Assembly (NCBI GenBank): GCA_023231475.1
Contig: JALJEE010003233.1
Coordinates: 1-32,984 of the forward strand
Origin: Seison nebaliae
Lineage: Eukaryota
DNA: 32,984 nt
Direction of reading: 5' to 3'
A model generated the notes under the pieces. The model saw only the letters and a list, made by a program, of their open reading frames with translations, did not search any database and was not told the DNA's origin. The stretch's first letter is position 1. Each line of letters starts with the position of its first letter. Shown in pieces: positions 1 through 13,300 of this stretch. A program made the translations under genes and the position numbers.

Positions 1-446
1 GGGGGTTTTCGATGGTGACGATTTCAAAAAATCAAACCACGATTTAAAATAATTTACGGTTGATCCGGAAATGCAAAAACACAACTTTTAGAAAATGCTC
101 AATAATTATGTCATAGTTTAATTTTTTTTTTTAATTTTAAATTTTTCTAATGTAATTATACATGCTCTACAAGATAGGCATAAAAGATTTTTTTGATTGA
201 GAAGGATAAAACTTTTAAACGATATTTTCGAAACATGCCGGAGAGAGAAAAATGAACTCTTATGCAAAATGCCCTGTTTATGCATGAAATATTAAAAATT
301 TTTCAAATTTTTTTGCACTATGTTTAAGAGCTTGAATAGGGCTATTTTGTGATATCCACCTTTACAAAAGATACTTCATAGAACAGAAGTTATGACCAGT
401 TTTATAAAACCGTAAAAGTGTCCGATTATTTTAAATTCCTACTGTA
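1..446. mobile_element. Probable terminus of a Tc1/mariner-type DNA transposon or derived MITE (other end outside window)
   Basis: The segment ends ...GTGTCCGATTATTTTAAATTCCTACTG-TA (444 + TA 445-446), i.e. TA|CAGTAGG... on the minus strand, the typical Tc1/mariner TIR start with a TA target duplication. Non-coding. The partner TIR is not visible. Confidence 0.45.
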
Positions 447-564
447 TAATATATGAATATAATTAATAATAAAAATGAATTCGAAAGTATTAGTCATTTA
501 AAAATACGAGCAAATAATGCAATTCGCCGCTATCATTCGAACAAGACAATAGATAATAGAATAT

Positions 565-903
565 GTGTATATGAGGAAAAAAATATGTAGAAGAGACGTA
601 CGTTCGTTAATCTATGAAAACACTTGTTGTAAGTTCAATACGGACATGCTCCAAATGAGTAGTAAGAAATTCTGGAAAGATATTCGAATGTTAACGAATC
701 CAGAAATTCTATTCCTGTCGATATTGGAGAATTTAATAATTTTTTGGAGAAGACAATTTTGAGCTCTCACGAAGTTCCTTATAATTTGAATTCTGAAAAG
801 TGACAGTAACGACCCTGGCGACGTAAATTCGTACCGTGCGATATCTATTTACAGTGGAATGATTAAACGGATCGAAGTAGACAAATGCATATTGATTTCG
901 TGA
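565..903 (+). pseudogene. Degraded non-LTR retrotransposon (LINE) ORF2 remnant
   Basis: 790-900 translates ILKSDSNDPGDVNSYRAISIYSGMIKRIE, matching the LINE RT motif 'K..D...YRPISL.S...K.LE', and is flanked by stops (787-789, 901-903). The upstream ORF 565-762 carries 'SSKKFWKDIR', typical of the EN-RT linker of LINEs. Confidence 0.65.
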
Positions 904-1257
904 GTTCATCCTCTCGTTTTCATCAGTGTGTACCTTAAATTCTGCCACGACCCTGATAGAAAAAAATCAGCCAAGTGCTTTGAGGATTCTTCTCGAGAGC
1001 TACGTTTGAATTGTCCCTGTATGGGAATTTAAAGATTTCTTTTTTCATCTTTTTTTATATATTTTTTATTATTATAGATGTAAATCCCTATAGGGTAATT
1101 GATAAATAAATAGTAAAAAATCACGACATTGGTCGTTGGAAATTAGTTCACAACATCTTGGAATATGATTTTTAAGATTGACTGTAACCAAGTACTCGAA
1201 GGAGAATTGATCTATCAGTTCTCTTGCATTAAATAACCTAGTAGGCTTCGGAAGAGA

Positions 1258-1332
1258 CGTCACCCATTTAGTTCTATTTCGGTGAATTCGTCACCCATTT
1301 CGTTCTATTTCGGTGAATTCGTCACCCATTTA
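1258..1332. repeat. Tandem repeat, 31-bp unit x ~2.4 (CGTCACCCATTTmGTTCTATTTCGGTGAATT)
   Basis: Directly visible, with units starting at 1258, 1289 and 1320. It is the reverse complement of the array at 1945-2215. Confidence 0.9.
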
Positions 1333-1472
1333 TAAAAATATTTTTGTAGATTTTTTCATGTTTATGGAAATAAATAAACTGGGTTTCAAAAATTTAGAAC
1401 CTATCGAAATACATGTAATAAATTTTAAATAAGCGTGTCATATCTTTAGAAACTTATGGAAAAAACATCTTT

Positions 1473-1676
1473 TTAGCAACAAACTGAACCTTTGTTTTTC
1501 AAGACATCAACTATTCGTCGTGGAAATGAATTAATTAAATTATCATTAAAGTTTTGTTCGATTTTATCCCAACAATACGTCACCCTGGTTTTTAATTCTT
1601 CCACTGTTTGAAATTGCTTAATTTCAGCATAGACATCCCTGCTGAGTCTTCCCCATAATATTTCGATTACATTCAC
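1473..1676 (-). pseudogene. Tc1/Tc3-family (DD34E-type) transposase C-terminal fragment
   Basis: NVIEILWGRLSRDVYAEIKQFQTVEELKTRVTYCWDKI...NLINSFPRRIVDVLKNKG resembles the Tc3/Tc1 C-terminus (NPIENLW...VY...L...W..I....L..SM..R). The upstream DD portion is absent. Confidence 0.8.
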
Positions 1677-1944
1677 TATTTACATATATTCGATTTTAAA
1701 ATTTTATAATAACTAGAAACCATCAAGAAATACTTTTTAAAGCCAACATTTGTTACTATGCAACTAAATTTAAGGCAAATTTTATACCATCGCTAATAGG
1801 TAGAATTATTTCCTCATCAGATCAGAATTATCATTTCATCAGCTTTCCAATAAATCGTTAAATTAAAATGTTATTAAATATAAATCTTTATTATTTTTTC
1901 CATTACTTATATTGACTGCGATAAAAATTTGAACGATTATAATT

Positions 1945-2215
1945 ATGGGTGACGAATTCACCGAAATACGACTAAATGGGTGACGAATTAACCGAAATAC
2001 AGCTAAATGGGCGACGAATTCACGACGAAATATGAGTAAAGGGGTGACAAATTCACCGTTTAGCAAAAAATACGCAAAATTTAACGTTAAATTTTTTTCT
2101 TGGGTGAAGAAATCACCGAAATACTCTAAAAGGGGTGACGAAATCACTATTTTATGGGTGACGAAACCACCGGTTTTCACTTAAAAATTATAGGGTGACG
2201 AAATCACCGTGTACC
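1945..2215. repeat. Degenerate array of GGGTGACGAA(T/A)TCACC cores ending ...CACCGTGTACC; probable subterminal repeats of a Foldback/Mutator-like element
   Basis: About eight copies of the core. The first ones are spaced ~31 bp and are inverted relative to 1258-1332. The element class is inferred from architecture only. Confidence 0.75.
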
Positions 2216-2997
2216 AATAGTTGATTGAATGAGATAACGCGAATCAAATATTTGTCTTTCTTTTTTTTTGACATCAAATCTTTTATGATGATGATCTGTT
2301 TCATTTCATTCAGTTTAGAAGAACGCTAATATGTATTAGAATGTTACCATAAAGTGAGAAGCGTTTAAATTTATGAATAAAACATTTTTCTCCATTTCGA
2401 CTATTCCTCATTAATCTCATAGATTACCATGCCATATTGTCTGATTTCGTCCATTAGAGATTATAAGTTTAAAAATGTTTTATACGTCGAACCATGTTGT
2501 AATAATTGATTGATAATACTTAATATTCTTGTTATTTTCATTATCATAATCGCTGTTATATGTTGTAACTGATTATCAATAAAAATCATCTTTTCTCCTT
2601 TGAATTCGTAATCCAATTCATTTATTCTCCTCATCATCTCTTTACTCCTAATCATCTTTTAATATTTCACATCATTTTTCTCAATTCATTTCTTCTTTTT
2701 TTTTTGCTTTGAATGACAGAAGATACAGATAGGCAATTGAGATTATCTTTGGTGGATCTTCTTATCAATGTCAATCTTTTTCTTTCATTCATTCAGTCAT
2801 TCGTTCCTCGCCTATCCCTTCTCTCATTTCAAATTTCTCCTTATTTCTCTTCTTCTTTATTTCAAACAACGTCATTTAATATTCATCCTATAGCCATTCT
2901 ATAATTGTCAAACGATTTTCTGTTTCTTTTCAATTCAATAATCTGAAAATTCAATAATTTATTCATATTCTCTACTTTCACTGTCACTCAATTCTCA

Positions 2998-3922
2998 ATG
3001 ATGGCCGCTAAAAGAAAAAGTCAACATCCATTCCGTATTGTGGAACAAATACCGAAAAGAAGTTCATTCTCCGAGAAAATGACTGATTTGATGTCACAAA
3101 AACGAACGACCGATGAACAAAATAGAACTGCTTCTTCAACTGGGAATGAACAAGAAACAAATCATGATAATAATAAGAGGAACTTGTTGACTAAGTTGAA
3201 CGAGGAAGATTTGTTGAAACTAACGAGTCTCAACAAAGAAAATAGTTGTCAACTGGAAAATCTTAAATCGAACAACGATTTCTTTTTAAATAATGAAAAT
3301 ATTCAAAAAATGTTTTCAAAAGACTTTCAAAAATTTTTCCTATTCCAATCAATCTTATTAAAATTATCTGAAAATAAAAACCAAATTCATCATCTCAAAT
3401 CAGCGAGTGACGTAGAAACTGGTGGAAATCCAATTTGTAAAAAAAAGCCAAGATTATGTAGTTCACCTGAAAGTTAATAATTTTCATTTTCATTTTTCTC
3501 ATATCTCTTTAATATTAGCAGATGAACGAAAAAATTCTACTTCAGACAAGAACGATAATACAAAAATTGAATTGGAATTCAAATGTCTACCATGTGGAAT
3601 CTCATTTAAAGCGAAACAAACACTGGAAGTGCATCAAAAATATTATTGTGCTTTCCATCCTTCCAATCATGTGAGTAATGATTATTCTTCGAAGAATATC
3701 GATAGAAATAGTAATAGTTCCCCTGCGAAAAATAATGAACAGAAAAAAGTAACTGAACGTAAAGATTCAAATGCTCCACGCCAACAAGTGGATCAGATAA
3801 ATGCAACTTTGATCGCAGTTAGACGTCAATTGAATCTATTGAATGAAAACTCAAAAAATCTCGAAATAACATTGAATAATTTATCAAAACAACTCCAAAA
3901 TATTTTTTCCAGTTCAACTTAA
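2998..3922 (+). CDS. Single FOG/U-shaped-type C2HC zinc-finger protein (~290 aa, 2 exons)
   Basis: Exons 2998-3472 and 3519-3922, joined by a 46-nt intron (GTTAAT...TAG, 3473-3518, NAGNAG alternative at 3521). Finger CLPCGISFKAKQTLEVHQKYYC has the FOG-type CX2C...HX4C 'HQKYYC' signature. Heptad-like C-terminus. Confidence 0.7.
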
Positions 3923-3975
3923 TTTATTATTTCAATTTATTTTAATGTATAAAAATTTTTGGAAAATATTCCCGC

Positions 3976-5508
3976 TTATTGCCAACAAGCACCATAGCTC
4001 ATAAGCACAATGTGTGCAGTGGGACTTCGACATATTGCTTCATATAAGTGACAATAGGAATTGTACGTTTTATGGTTACTACCACATACTGGAAAGAATA
4101 TTGCAGGACAATGGTAATCACAACTGTTTTTGGTAGTAGTTGCTGTAATTCCTGGAAAGATTCAAGAATCATGTTCTAGGAAATTAGTTTTAGAAAATCC
4201 TAACCTATTCCACTGATTGTTGAAGTTAATGGTTTTCCGTTTTTGGTTGTTGATCCCAAAAATTTCTTTGTACTGGTTTTAATCATTTTCATTGTGCTTC
4301 GATATGTAGGCGTTACTGTCCATGTGATTCCGGTATAATTCTTAATTGTACTTGGGATATAAGGTCTCTTAGTAATACCATCTTTATGAAAGAGTTATCA
4401 AATGAAAATAAGAAACTGTTAACGAGAATTTTGGCAGGGACCACTGTGTAAAATCTTTAAATCGGGTACCGAACATTGTTTTTCAGTATATCTGCAGTAA
4501 TTTGGATATGTATGTCCATCATTGGCACATTGAGGATCATTGTAATTTGAACAATTAAGTTGAGTGCAATTATTATTTAAAACTATATAAGTAAGTAATT
4601 AATTGAATGAGTTCTAGTTCCAATAATTTTAACGTCTTCGACACTCTCCTTCGTGTAATAAATGAATTTTTGAGTCGTAACATTGAGCTGTAAGCAATTC
4701 ACATTTATTACCATATGTCTTATCATCGCTACCACAAACTGGATGATAAATTTCTGTGCAATCTAAATGGCAATCAATTCTAGGAATTGTTCTCTATTGG
4801 AAAGCGTTAATAATTAAGGAATTTTTACGAAATATATAACTTTCGTATAACATTTACCATCGTACAATTTATATAATCCAGGTTGTCCACATGCAGTATT
4901 CTTTAAAATACATTCGTTAGTGTATGTATGTCCGTCACTTGCACAGACGGGTTCATAGACATCGTGGCAGAAAATTTCTTCACACACTTCTTGAGGTTCA
5001 TATGGATCTGTCACATAAAAGGAAGAAGCATAAAAAATAAATATTCATAAGAATAACTACTGTTGCAAGGTAATTTGTGCACCATATACAAAGAAGAATT
5101 TTGACATTGAGCTTTAAATAATTCACAGCGAGAACCAAACGTCTTTCCATTACTTCCACAAACCGGATAATAATATTGAGGACAATGAATTTGGCTACAA
5201 TTATATGCTCCCAGTTTCCTATTTCTGCCTTCAATACATTCTTCGTGACGAATGATTTTCAAATCATTATTTTCCATTTTGGCCTTTACAAAGAAACATA
5301 AATTCTTATAAGTATTTCCATCATTTCCACATACGTGGTGAGTTGTATTAGGACATTTGGTATTTATACCAATAAGGTTCTTCAGTCCATGATTCATATG
5401 AAGTGCTCCATTTTTTCCATGGAGTCCATGCTGTTGTGGCTTTTCAGCATTAACATTGCAGATCAATGCGATTGAACAAAAAACGGATAGTAAAACTAAG
5501 TTTTTCAT
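3976..5508 (-). CDS. Secreted multi-domain Kazal-type serine protease inhibitor (6 Kazal domains, Thr-rich linker)
   Basis: Signal peptide [21 protein letters not shown]; six 'PVCGSD/NGKTY.N.C'-like units. Introns 5057(or 5060)-5008, 4840-4794, 4633-4583, 4423-4382 and 4204-4152 keep the frame open to TAA at 3978-3976. Confidence 0.9.
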
Positions 5509-5901
5509 TTTTTTTATTGAAAAATTAAAGATTTAAGAAATAGTTTTCGGTATATATAAATGCCTAAGAGTTTCAATTATGTAAATAAGGCATTTTACTG
5601 TTGTTCCACAAACAATCATCATTCATTTGGTCATTTCTAAAAATCTATTGACATTCTTTTTAAATTAATCTGTCTACGCATCAACAATGGAGAAGAACCA
5701 AGGAAATTTTTCATGAATCAAGGATATAAGAAAAAAGTTAAATAAACATCTAAATACTTATTACCTTATTTTACACATCATAATATTATCATGTTATTTT
5801 CGGGGGAGTTGTCGAATGAAAATTTTAATTATAATTAGACAAAATGTTTGTATAGTTCAGTAGAACTGAAAAACAAGATATAAAATTAAAATTAAAAAAA
5901 A

Positions 5902-7107
5902 TTATTTGCCGATAGTTTGCTTAATCCAATCGATATAGTTCTTTACACGAACATACACTCCCGTTCCATCACAGTTCGATGTTCCCCACGATACGATACC
6001 GTATAACTTCCAAGAAGTTTCTGAATCTACCATTTTTGCATTTTATTGAATTATAAGAATTTATAATGTAACTTTTTTGATAAACGAATGGACCACCGGA
6101 ATCACCTTGACATGCATCTCTAACTTGTTGATTTTTTTTGACGACTAATAATTTTTAATAGAAATGTTTAAGAGAAGACAAGACCTGGAACACCAGCACA
6201 AATCATGTTTTCAGTTATTTGTAATTTGCACTTGTCTTTTCCTTTGGTTGGAACTGCAACTTGTTGTAGTTTTCCTAAATCACCCGACAATGATGTTCCC
6301 ATAGTTTTACCCCATCCTGTCACTATACCCCAACTACCATCTGATAAATCATCATCTGGCAGACAAACAATATTCACTTCCTTATCCAATGTAGCAGGTC
6401 TATCTAATTGTACTAGTGCTAAATCGTGGTTATGTTTTTCGGGGGACGTTCTCGATTTTATATTGTATTTTTCATGCGTTATAATTTTCTTTATTTCAAA
6501 AACTTGTCTATGTTTTTCATCTTTCTTCATTTTCTGGTGCACTCCAAGCATTACTTTCCAGCGAGATTTAGGAATAGAAAACCTAAAAATATAAAATTAT
6601 TAATTGAAAATTTATTATTTCTAAGATAAAGATAATAAAAATAGAAACTCTTTAAAACAATGTGCTGCAGTCAATATCCATTGAGGAGCAATTAATGCTC
6701 CTCCACATTGATAATAACTGAAACTGGTAACACTTCCACGCAACCAAGTTTGCCATGGCCAAGAATGAGGTTTCGCTTCTCGTCCACCAACAACACGACC
6801 AGACCAAGTGGATGGTTTTATTTCAGGTTTCCCACAATTTCCATAATTTGGTGACGTGATTCTGCTTTTCTCAACATTTTCACAAAGTTTCCCACTAAAT
6901 CCATCAGGACATTCACATTTTATAAACAAATAACATTTCCCTCCATTGTGACATGGTTTAAACCAATGACAAACAGCTGGAATTATAGAACCAAAAGAAT
7001 AGAAAGTAAAAGAAATTCATAATAAAAGTTAAACATTCGATATCCCCAATTACTTGTGATAGAATTACCAACAGTAATAATGGTGACGAATAAATGAAAA
7101 AAATCAT
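5902..7107 (-). CDS. Secreted EGF-domain trypsin-like (S1A) serine protease
   Basis: Signal peptide, EGF (CHNGGKC...CECPDGFSGKLCE), activation site R|VVGG, triad motifs TAAHC, HDLAL and DACQGDSGGP (Asp189, trypsin-like). Introns 7034-6977, 6648-6583, 6184-6145, 6072-6027; stop 5904-5902. Confidence 0.92.
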
Positions 7108-7317
7108 TTCTTAATTTTTTCTTGTTTTTCTTTTGTTTTCCTTACAAATTTCTCTTATGAAATAACTAATAAAGAATAATTTGCATAATTATAATTTACG
7201 GTTACAAAGTTCATAAATAAGATAAAAAATGTATTTTTTATTCAAAAATAAATTAAATTAATATGAGTAGGAAGTTCTTTGTATTAAGATGGTTTGGCAT
7301 CAACCCGATTATTCAAA

Positions 7318-10300
7318 CTAGGTAAATGGAACACCAACACATATAAATTGTTTATCTTCCTTTTCAGGCAATTTCAATGTAATCGTATTTATTTTAGGTA
7401 CCTTGGGTATTTGAATATCATCCAATTCGGAGACTACTTCTGTCGAAAATGAATCGAACGTAAGTTCAAAATCAAGATCTTCCTCTGTATCATCTTCTTT
7501 TTTACTGCTTTCCATAGTAAGACGAGATTTCCTTGAAATTGATGGTTGTTTCACTTTCGATTGTTTTTCTTTCGGAATATATTCAGGAACATTATCTCGA
7601 CAAAAATTAAGAAATTTATGTTGTTCGTCTTTAAACTGTTTAATGTATTCGGCAAATTCCTCTTCAAATCGCTGAGCCTCTTTACTCCAATCCTCTTTCA
7701 AACTTGTCTGTTTACCAAACTTAATCGCAGAACCGGGACTCCCACCTTTTATTAAGAAATCTAGAAAATTTTAATACAACAAATTGTTCGACATATTATA
7801 AAAGTTTTCTATATAACGATCCACAAAATTTATTCCATTGTTAATTGTATCTTCAACATTTGTAATCGAATAATTTGTGATTGCTGATCGCACACCAGCA
7901 ATTGTCCAAAACAATTGTGCATTATACAATTTATCAAGATTGCACGTTTTCTCTCTAAGAATGAATGATAAAGTTTGAAATACTTCTAATTCATATAACC
8001 TTATTCCATCATCATACATTCCACGATCTTCTAATTGAGGATTTAAATGTGCACTGTTCATTAATACCAAAACTTTAGTTTCTATGTTTATCATATTCAT
8101 GAAATTTATTCAAATTTTCGTTTATAAACTAAGAAATAACTTTGCAGATTACATGTAATGATACTTTCATAAGAATAATATCTCCACAACTTATTGAACA
8201 GGAAAAGGAAGATGAATGATGTTTCCGTGAATATTTTGGTTAGATCTCTTATACTGTAACAATATAATTTATTAGTTCTTCAAACAATTTGAAATTTAAC
8301 CCAGGTAAAATCTTATAGAATCCAGTGTCCTTCGATTCATACTGCCTTAGACTAGACAAAAATTCCTTCATTTGACCATTAATCGGAGCAGACGTGTCTT
8401 TTTGATAACTTCTATCAAAACCACCAAGCGGATCCACTATCCATCCCAATTTTTCGTCTGCTCTTTGCTAAAAAGATTTTAAGAATTATCATTAAAAGAA
8501 ATATATAAATAAAAGAAACGACGTCTTTCGAATTTTTCTTTATCGTCATAGTAGACTTTAAAAATTAAATTTAAAATTTGGAGATAAATTAATTGTTGAA
8601 CTTCATCCTCTTGTTTTGAGTCAGGAATCTTGGGGAATGTTTGGAATCGGTTTAATAAAGTGAATAGAGAGAGATCTCTTGATATGCCTACAATTGTCGG
8701 TTTTAGGAAGGTGTTGATATTCTCAAGAGGCCATTCCATAGTTTCCTTATCCACGAGAAGTATCAAATTGACATCTATAAATATTGTTATGAATAAAAAA
8801 GATTATTATTAAATAAACTATTTTCGTAGCTATCCGGTTGTTTTATTAGAATTGGAGGATCTTTGAACAATGGTAATAATCGTTCGATTTTTTCCTTAAT
8901 ATTTAAAGAAATGGAATAGGTTATTTCTACTGAAGGAGGAGGTCTCTCATTCGCTTGCTTTTCTTTTACTTCTTTCCATTCGTAATTGGGAATTCCATTA
9001 ACAAATGTAGGAACTTCAGGATAATCACCACTGTGCATCCGATCATATTCTGCCGCCAGATCTTGGAAAAGAGCTTTATGCTCTAACGAATTTGAGGGAT
9101 CACCTTTCTTTTTCGTTTCTTTTGTGAAACAGAAAGCGAATTTATCATGCAATGGAGGATCACCAAGTGCTTCATTCAATTGATGTTGAACTTCATTGAA
9201 GGCAAAACTAAAATAATTATTCATTTGACCAACAATATTCTGATAATCTGCTTCGAAATTTATGAATTGTTCTTCCAATATTATTTTATTTAACTGGAAT
9301 ATAGAAAGAAATTGTAATTAGAGAAAATAGGAATTATTAACTAACTTTTGATTCTTCTGTTTCATTCAACATTCTGATAGTATCTTCATTCAATTTCTTC
9401 TTCAAATGAAATGTCCCTAATGCTTTTTTCCAAACTTCAATTTTAGAATTTATCTCTTGTCGTTCATTTGTGGAATACATAACCTTTCGAAATGCACAAA
9501 ATGATTCTTTTAAAAAATATAATACTATTATTGAGTTATACGATTTGTAATTTAACTTTCTTCATTCGAATTTGAAGATGTGTTGAAAGGAGGACGATGA
9601 TAAATTCCAAAAAATAGATAACGATTGTCATGAGAATGTTGAATCTGTAGAATTGTTGCATTATATTTCTTATAGAGATGGGGGAGTAATTTAAGATCCT
9701 TCAAATTTAATGTCGATATTCTCCACAACTAGAAAAAGATTCATAAAAGAATAATCAAAAAATTTTTAATTCGAACTCTTGAATTCAATCTCGCATCTTC
9801 AAGGAATCTTTCTAAACCGTTATGTGTGTTAACCGGAGTAAATTCAACGTTGACGTATCGTCCATAAAATTCACCTGAATAGCCGAATGATATCAAATGT
9901 AAATCCATTCCCATAATCGAATGGAGAATTCGATGGTTGATTGTCGAATAGAGACTTTTCTTCGGTTCATCGAATATTTCATGTAACAATTGCATTTTAT
10001 CCAAACTAACGATTAAAGCTTGATAAATGCTCATGTAGAGTACGGCTAATTTGGGATACTTTTTAAAATGACTTAACAGATGCATTAAATCATAACATAT
10101 CATTTTCATCAAACATTTATCTTCTGGTAATTCCACTACACCTTTCAAATCCACCACCATTTTAACGAAGCATTTCGTTAGACATTCGAATGCAATTAAA
10201 TAAAAGATATGTTTCTGATTCATTGCTATTCTTAACAAACTGGATGAATCATATCCTTTCACACTACTATCAGACAACACTTTTTTTATCGACACCATAC

Positions 10301-13300
10301 TCGTCAGATCATTATCTAATCTTAGTGTATCTGATTGTATGATGAAGGAGACCATCAAATCATAAGAATAAAACATTAAAGTGGCATTTTCAGTGGGTGA
10401 GTCGGGATTGAAATCGATTCCCATAAAATTGTGTTCCTTCAACCACGTTTTAGCATCTTCAAAGAATTTCTCATCAAATTCATTCTTTGATGTAATAATC
10501 GCTGCAATTCGAAAAAATTTTCCACAAATGTAAATAAATTCTCTTTGACATAAACGATTATTGGGAAATAATTTCAATTGTTTCTCATACGATACCAGTT
10601 CACTGAATGTTTTTGTCAAAAAAATTTCCAACCAATTATTCCATAAACGCAAGAAATGATAATCATTCGCTATATCGTTCGTATATTCTTTTAGAACGAT
10701 ATCAATCTTCCGAATATTTCGATTCATATAATTATATTTCGCATTAATATATTGCTCATATTCATACATTTCCAATAAATGTAAAATGTAAAGATAGCGA
10801 ATGAAAAGATATAATCGAAGAGTTGGTGTCGTTACTGAGAAGAACATATTAGCGCCAACATCATCCCAATGATATTCAGTTTTATCAGAAACATTTAAAA
10901 TATTTTGACTTCCTACCGTCAAATTCATGGTAGTCGTATCTAAATAATTACCAAGATTCCTAATCAATTGTTGAAATAATTGATTGGCAACTAATAAATT
11001 CGATTTAATATCCGTCTCAACATCCGAAGTCTTCGCCATAAACTTCAACAAACTCAGATGATTCAATACAGTTTTTATGTAGAACTTTATCTCTTTCACT
11101 TCCCAGAACCATTTAGTGGCCGTACGATAATAGTTTATCGCTTGTTGTAAATTATCATATGAATTTATGGAATGCATATCATCTCCTTTAATTCCCAATG
11201 CAAATATGAGATCAGCTAATTTCAATTTCAATTTCATTTTCATCGAATATAACCGATAGACAACAGAAAAATTTTTGGGATGAGTACTCGGATTAAATGA
11301 GAATTTCTTCATTTCAACAATATTATCTCCCCACAAGTCGTCGTCAGTTTTCTTTAATTGTAAGAAGAATGCCAAATCTTTTAAACATTCCAGATATTCT
11401 TCATCATTTCCTAAATTGAGAGATAGATTTTCATCTTCAGTCAGAACATCTTCAGTCTCTGTTGTTGGAGATTGTGTTTGTAAATTTGATTCTTTTTTTG
11501 GATTCATATTCTTCTGTATTAAATTTTTTACCGTTTCAATTGCGGATAATGTTATACTTCTCGCACCCAATAATGCTTTAGTATTTGAATGAATACTTGC
11601 TGTTCCATCAATCAATAGATTGACTGTCTCAAACCACAACACATCAGGTAAATTCGAATTTTCTAAATTTTTCAAAGCAATTTCCATTCCTTCTTCAACT
11701 CTCTGTTCTTGCTCAATGGCGATTTTCGAAAGAATAACATTGAAATGAACTGTCGAAATGATATTTTTCAAATTAATTGAATGTACCAAAACTCGTGATG
11801 CAATACTGCGACAAATACCCACTTTCCGTTCTGGCAAATATTCAATGATATCTCGAATAATCGTTGACCATAATCGATATTCGATAATTTTTTTAATTGA
11901 TTCTCTTGTAAATTTTTGATTAGAACTTCCTTTATTTGTTAAACGACTCAACTGTTCTTCCTTCAATGGATGTTCGCCATCCCAGATATCAGAAATGGAT
12001 GTTAATTCGATAGAATTTCTAATTTCATTTGACCATTCGATTATAAAATTACTTAAATTATTTTCAATCAAATTTCGATATGTTACGATTTTTCTCGTGT
12101 CGTTAATTCTCAAAAGAATTTTGAAGATGTTTAACATTGAACGTAAACGCAAAAGAATATTATTCGCGTGAAATGAATCAATTATATGATATTGTAAATA
12201 AACGACAGGTAACGAGAATAATTCGAATTCCATTTTTGGCATTATATCTAACAACAAATCGAGATAATAAATTGTATGTAAACTATTACCGAAATTTTCA
12301 GAAGAAAATGGGAAAATACCATCTCCTTCAATATCGTCGTCAATATTTTCGAATGATGGTGAATAAAAATTGTAAGATATCCAGAATTGTAAACTGATTA
12401 AAGAGGAGATTGTATAGTCTTTCTTCTTCCCACCAGAGTCCTTTCTATTTGATCGTTGTCTCTTTCCTCTTCGACTACCACCTGCATCTTTATCTGGCGT
12501 TTTCGTTAACGCCATTCGCCAAATATAAGCAATGATAACAATGGAAGTAACGATTGCTTCGGTACATAATACAAATTTCCCACATGAATAATAATATTGG
12601 GCTAAGAAAATTTTGGTGCGTAAAAAACAGTCCAAATATTTACATGTTTTGGGTAACTTCTTTATGCTGACGATACTCTTCTGCCAAATCGATAACTTGT
12701 CAGCATTAGCAAATAATTGAACGAATTGTTTCTGATAATCATCCGATTCAAATGAACGATTAAGTGGTGAATGAATTAGAGAAGATGTCAACATAATTCC
12801 ACAAAAATGTTGAAGATCATCACCAAATGAATTTGCATGAAGATATTGCATCAATTCTATAATTATTTCAAAACGAGTCAATCGATTTTGTAGTTCACTT
12901 TGTGAACGATTTCGAATAGCTAATTCTAATGTTTCCGAATCACCATTTTCAAGTGGCACATTACGTAGACATTCGTTCGCTTGTTTTGTCGATATATCGT
13001 CGATCGAATAGAAAATTTTTTGCCAAACTGTACTCAAATGAGAATGTACTCCATCCAATATTTGAACAGCATTCTTCACTGCACATAAATGGTCAAAATG
13101 ATTTCGGGACGCAACTGCCACTGTGATCCACATGAGAGCTATATATTCGATGGATTGTTCACGTAAATTGTGCATATCGAATTGAACACCCTGCCCCAAT
13201 TTTGATTTGGAAATAATGAGAAATTTTGTTAATTCTAATCGATGAGATCTGGGAACGGTTGGTAAAGCATCCTGAAGTAAATCTAAAGATTTCTGCCATA

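Noticed and set aside
1945..2215. CRISPR-like appearance of palindromic repeats with intervening sequence
   Set aside because: The spacers are short, irregular and similar to each other, an inverted copy exists at 1258-1332, there are no cas genes, and the context is eukaryotic.
1863..2904. Short ORFs 1863-2180, 2461-2655, 2713-2904 (also 733-948, 1072-1263)
   Set aside because: They are translations of repeats or low-complexity AT/pyrimidine-rich DNA, or antisense to TE remnants, with no recognisable motifs.
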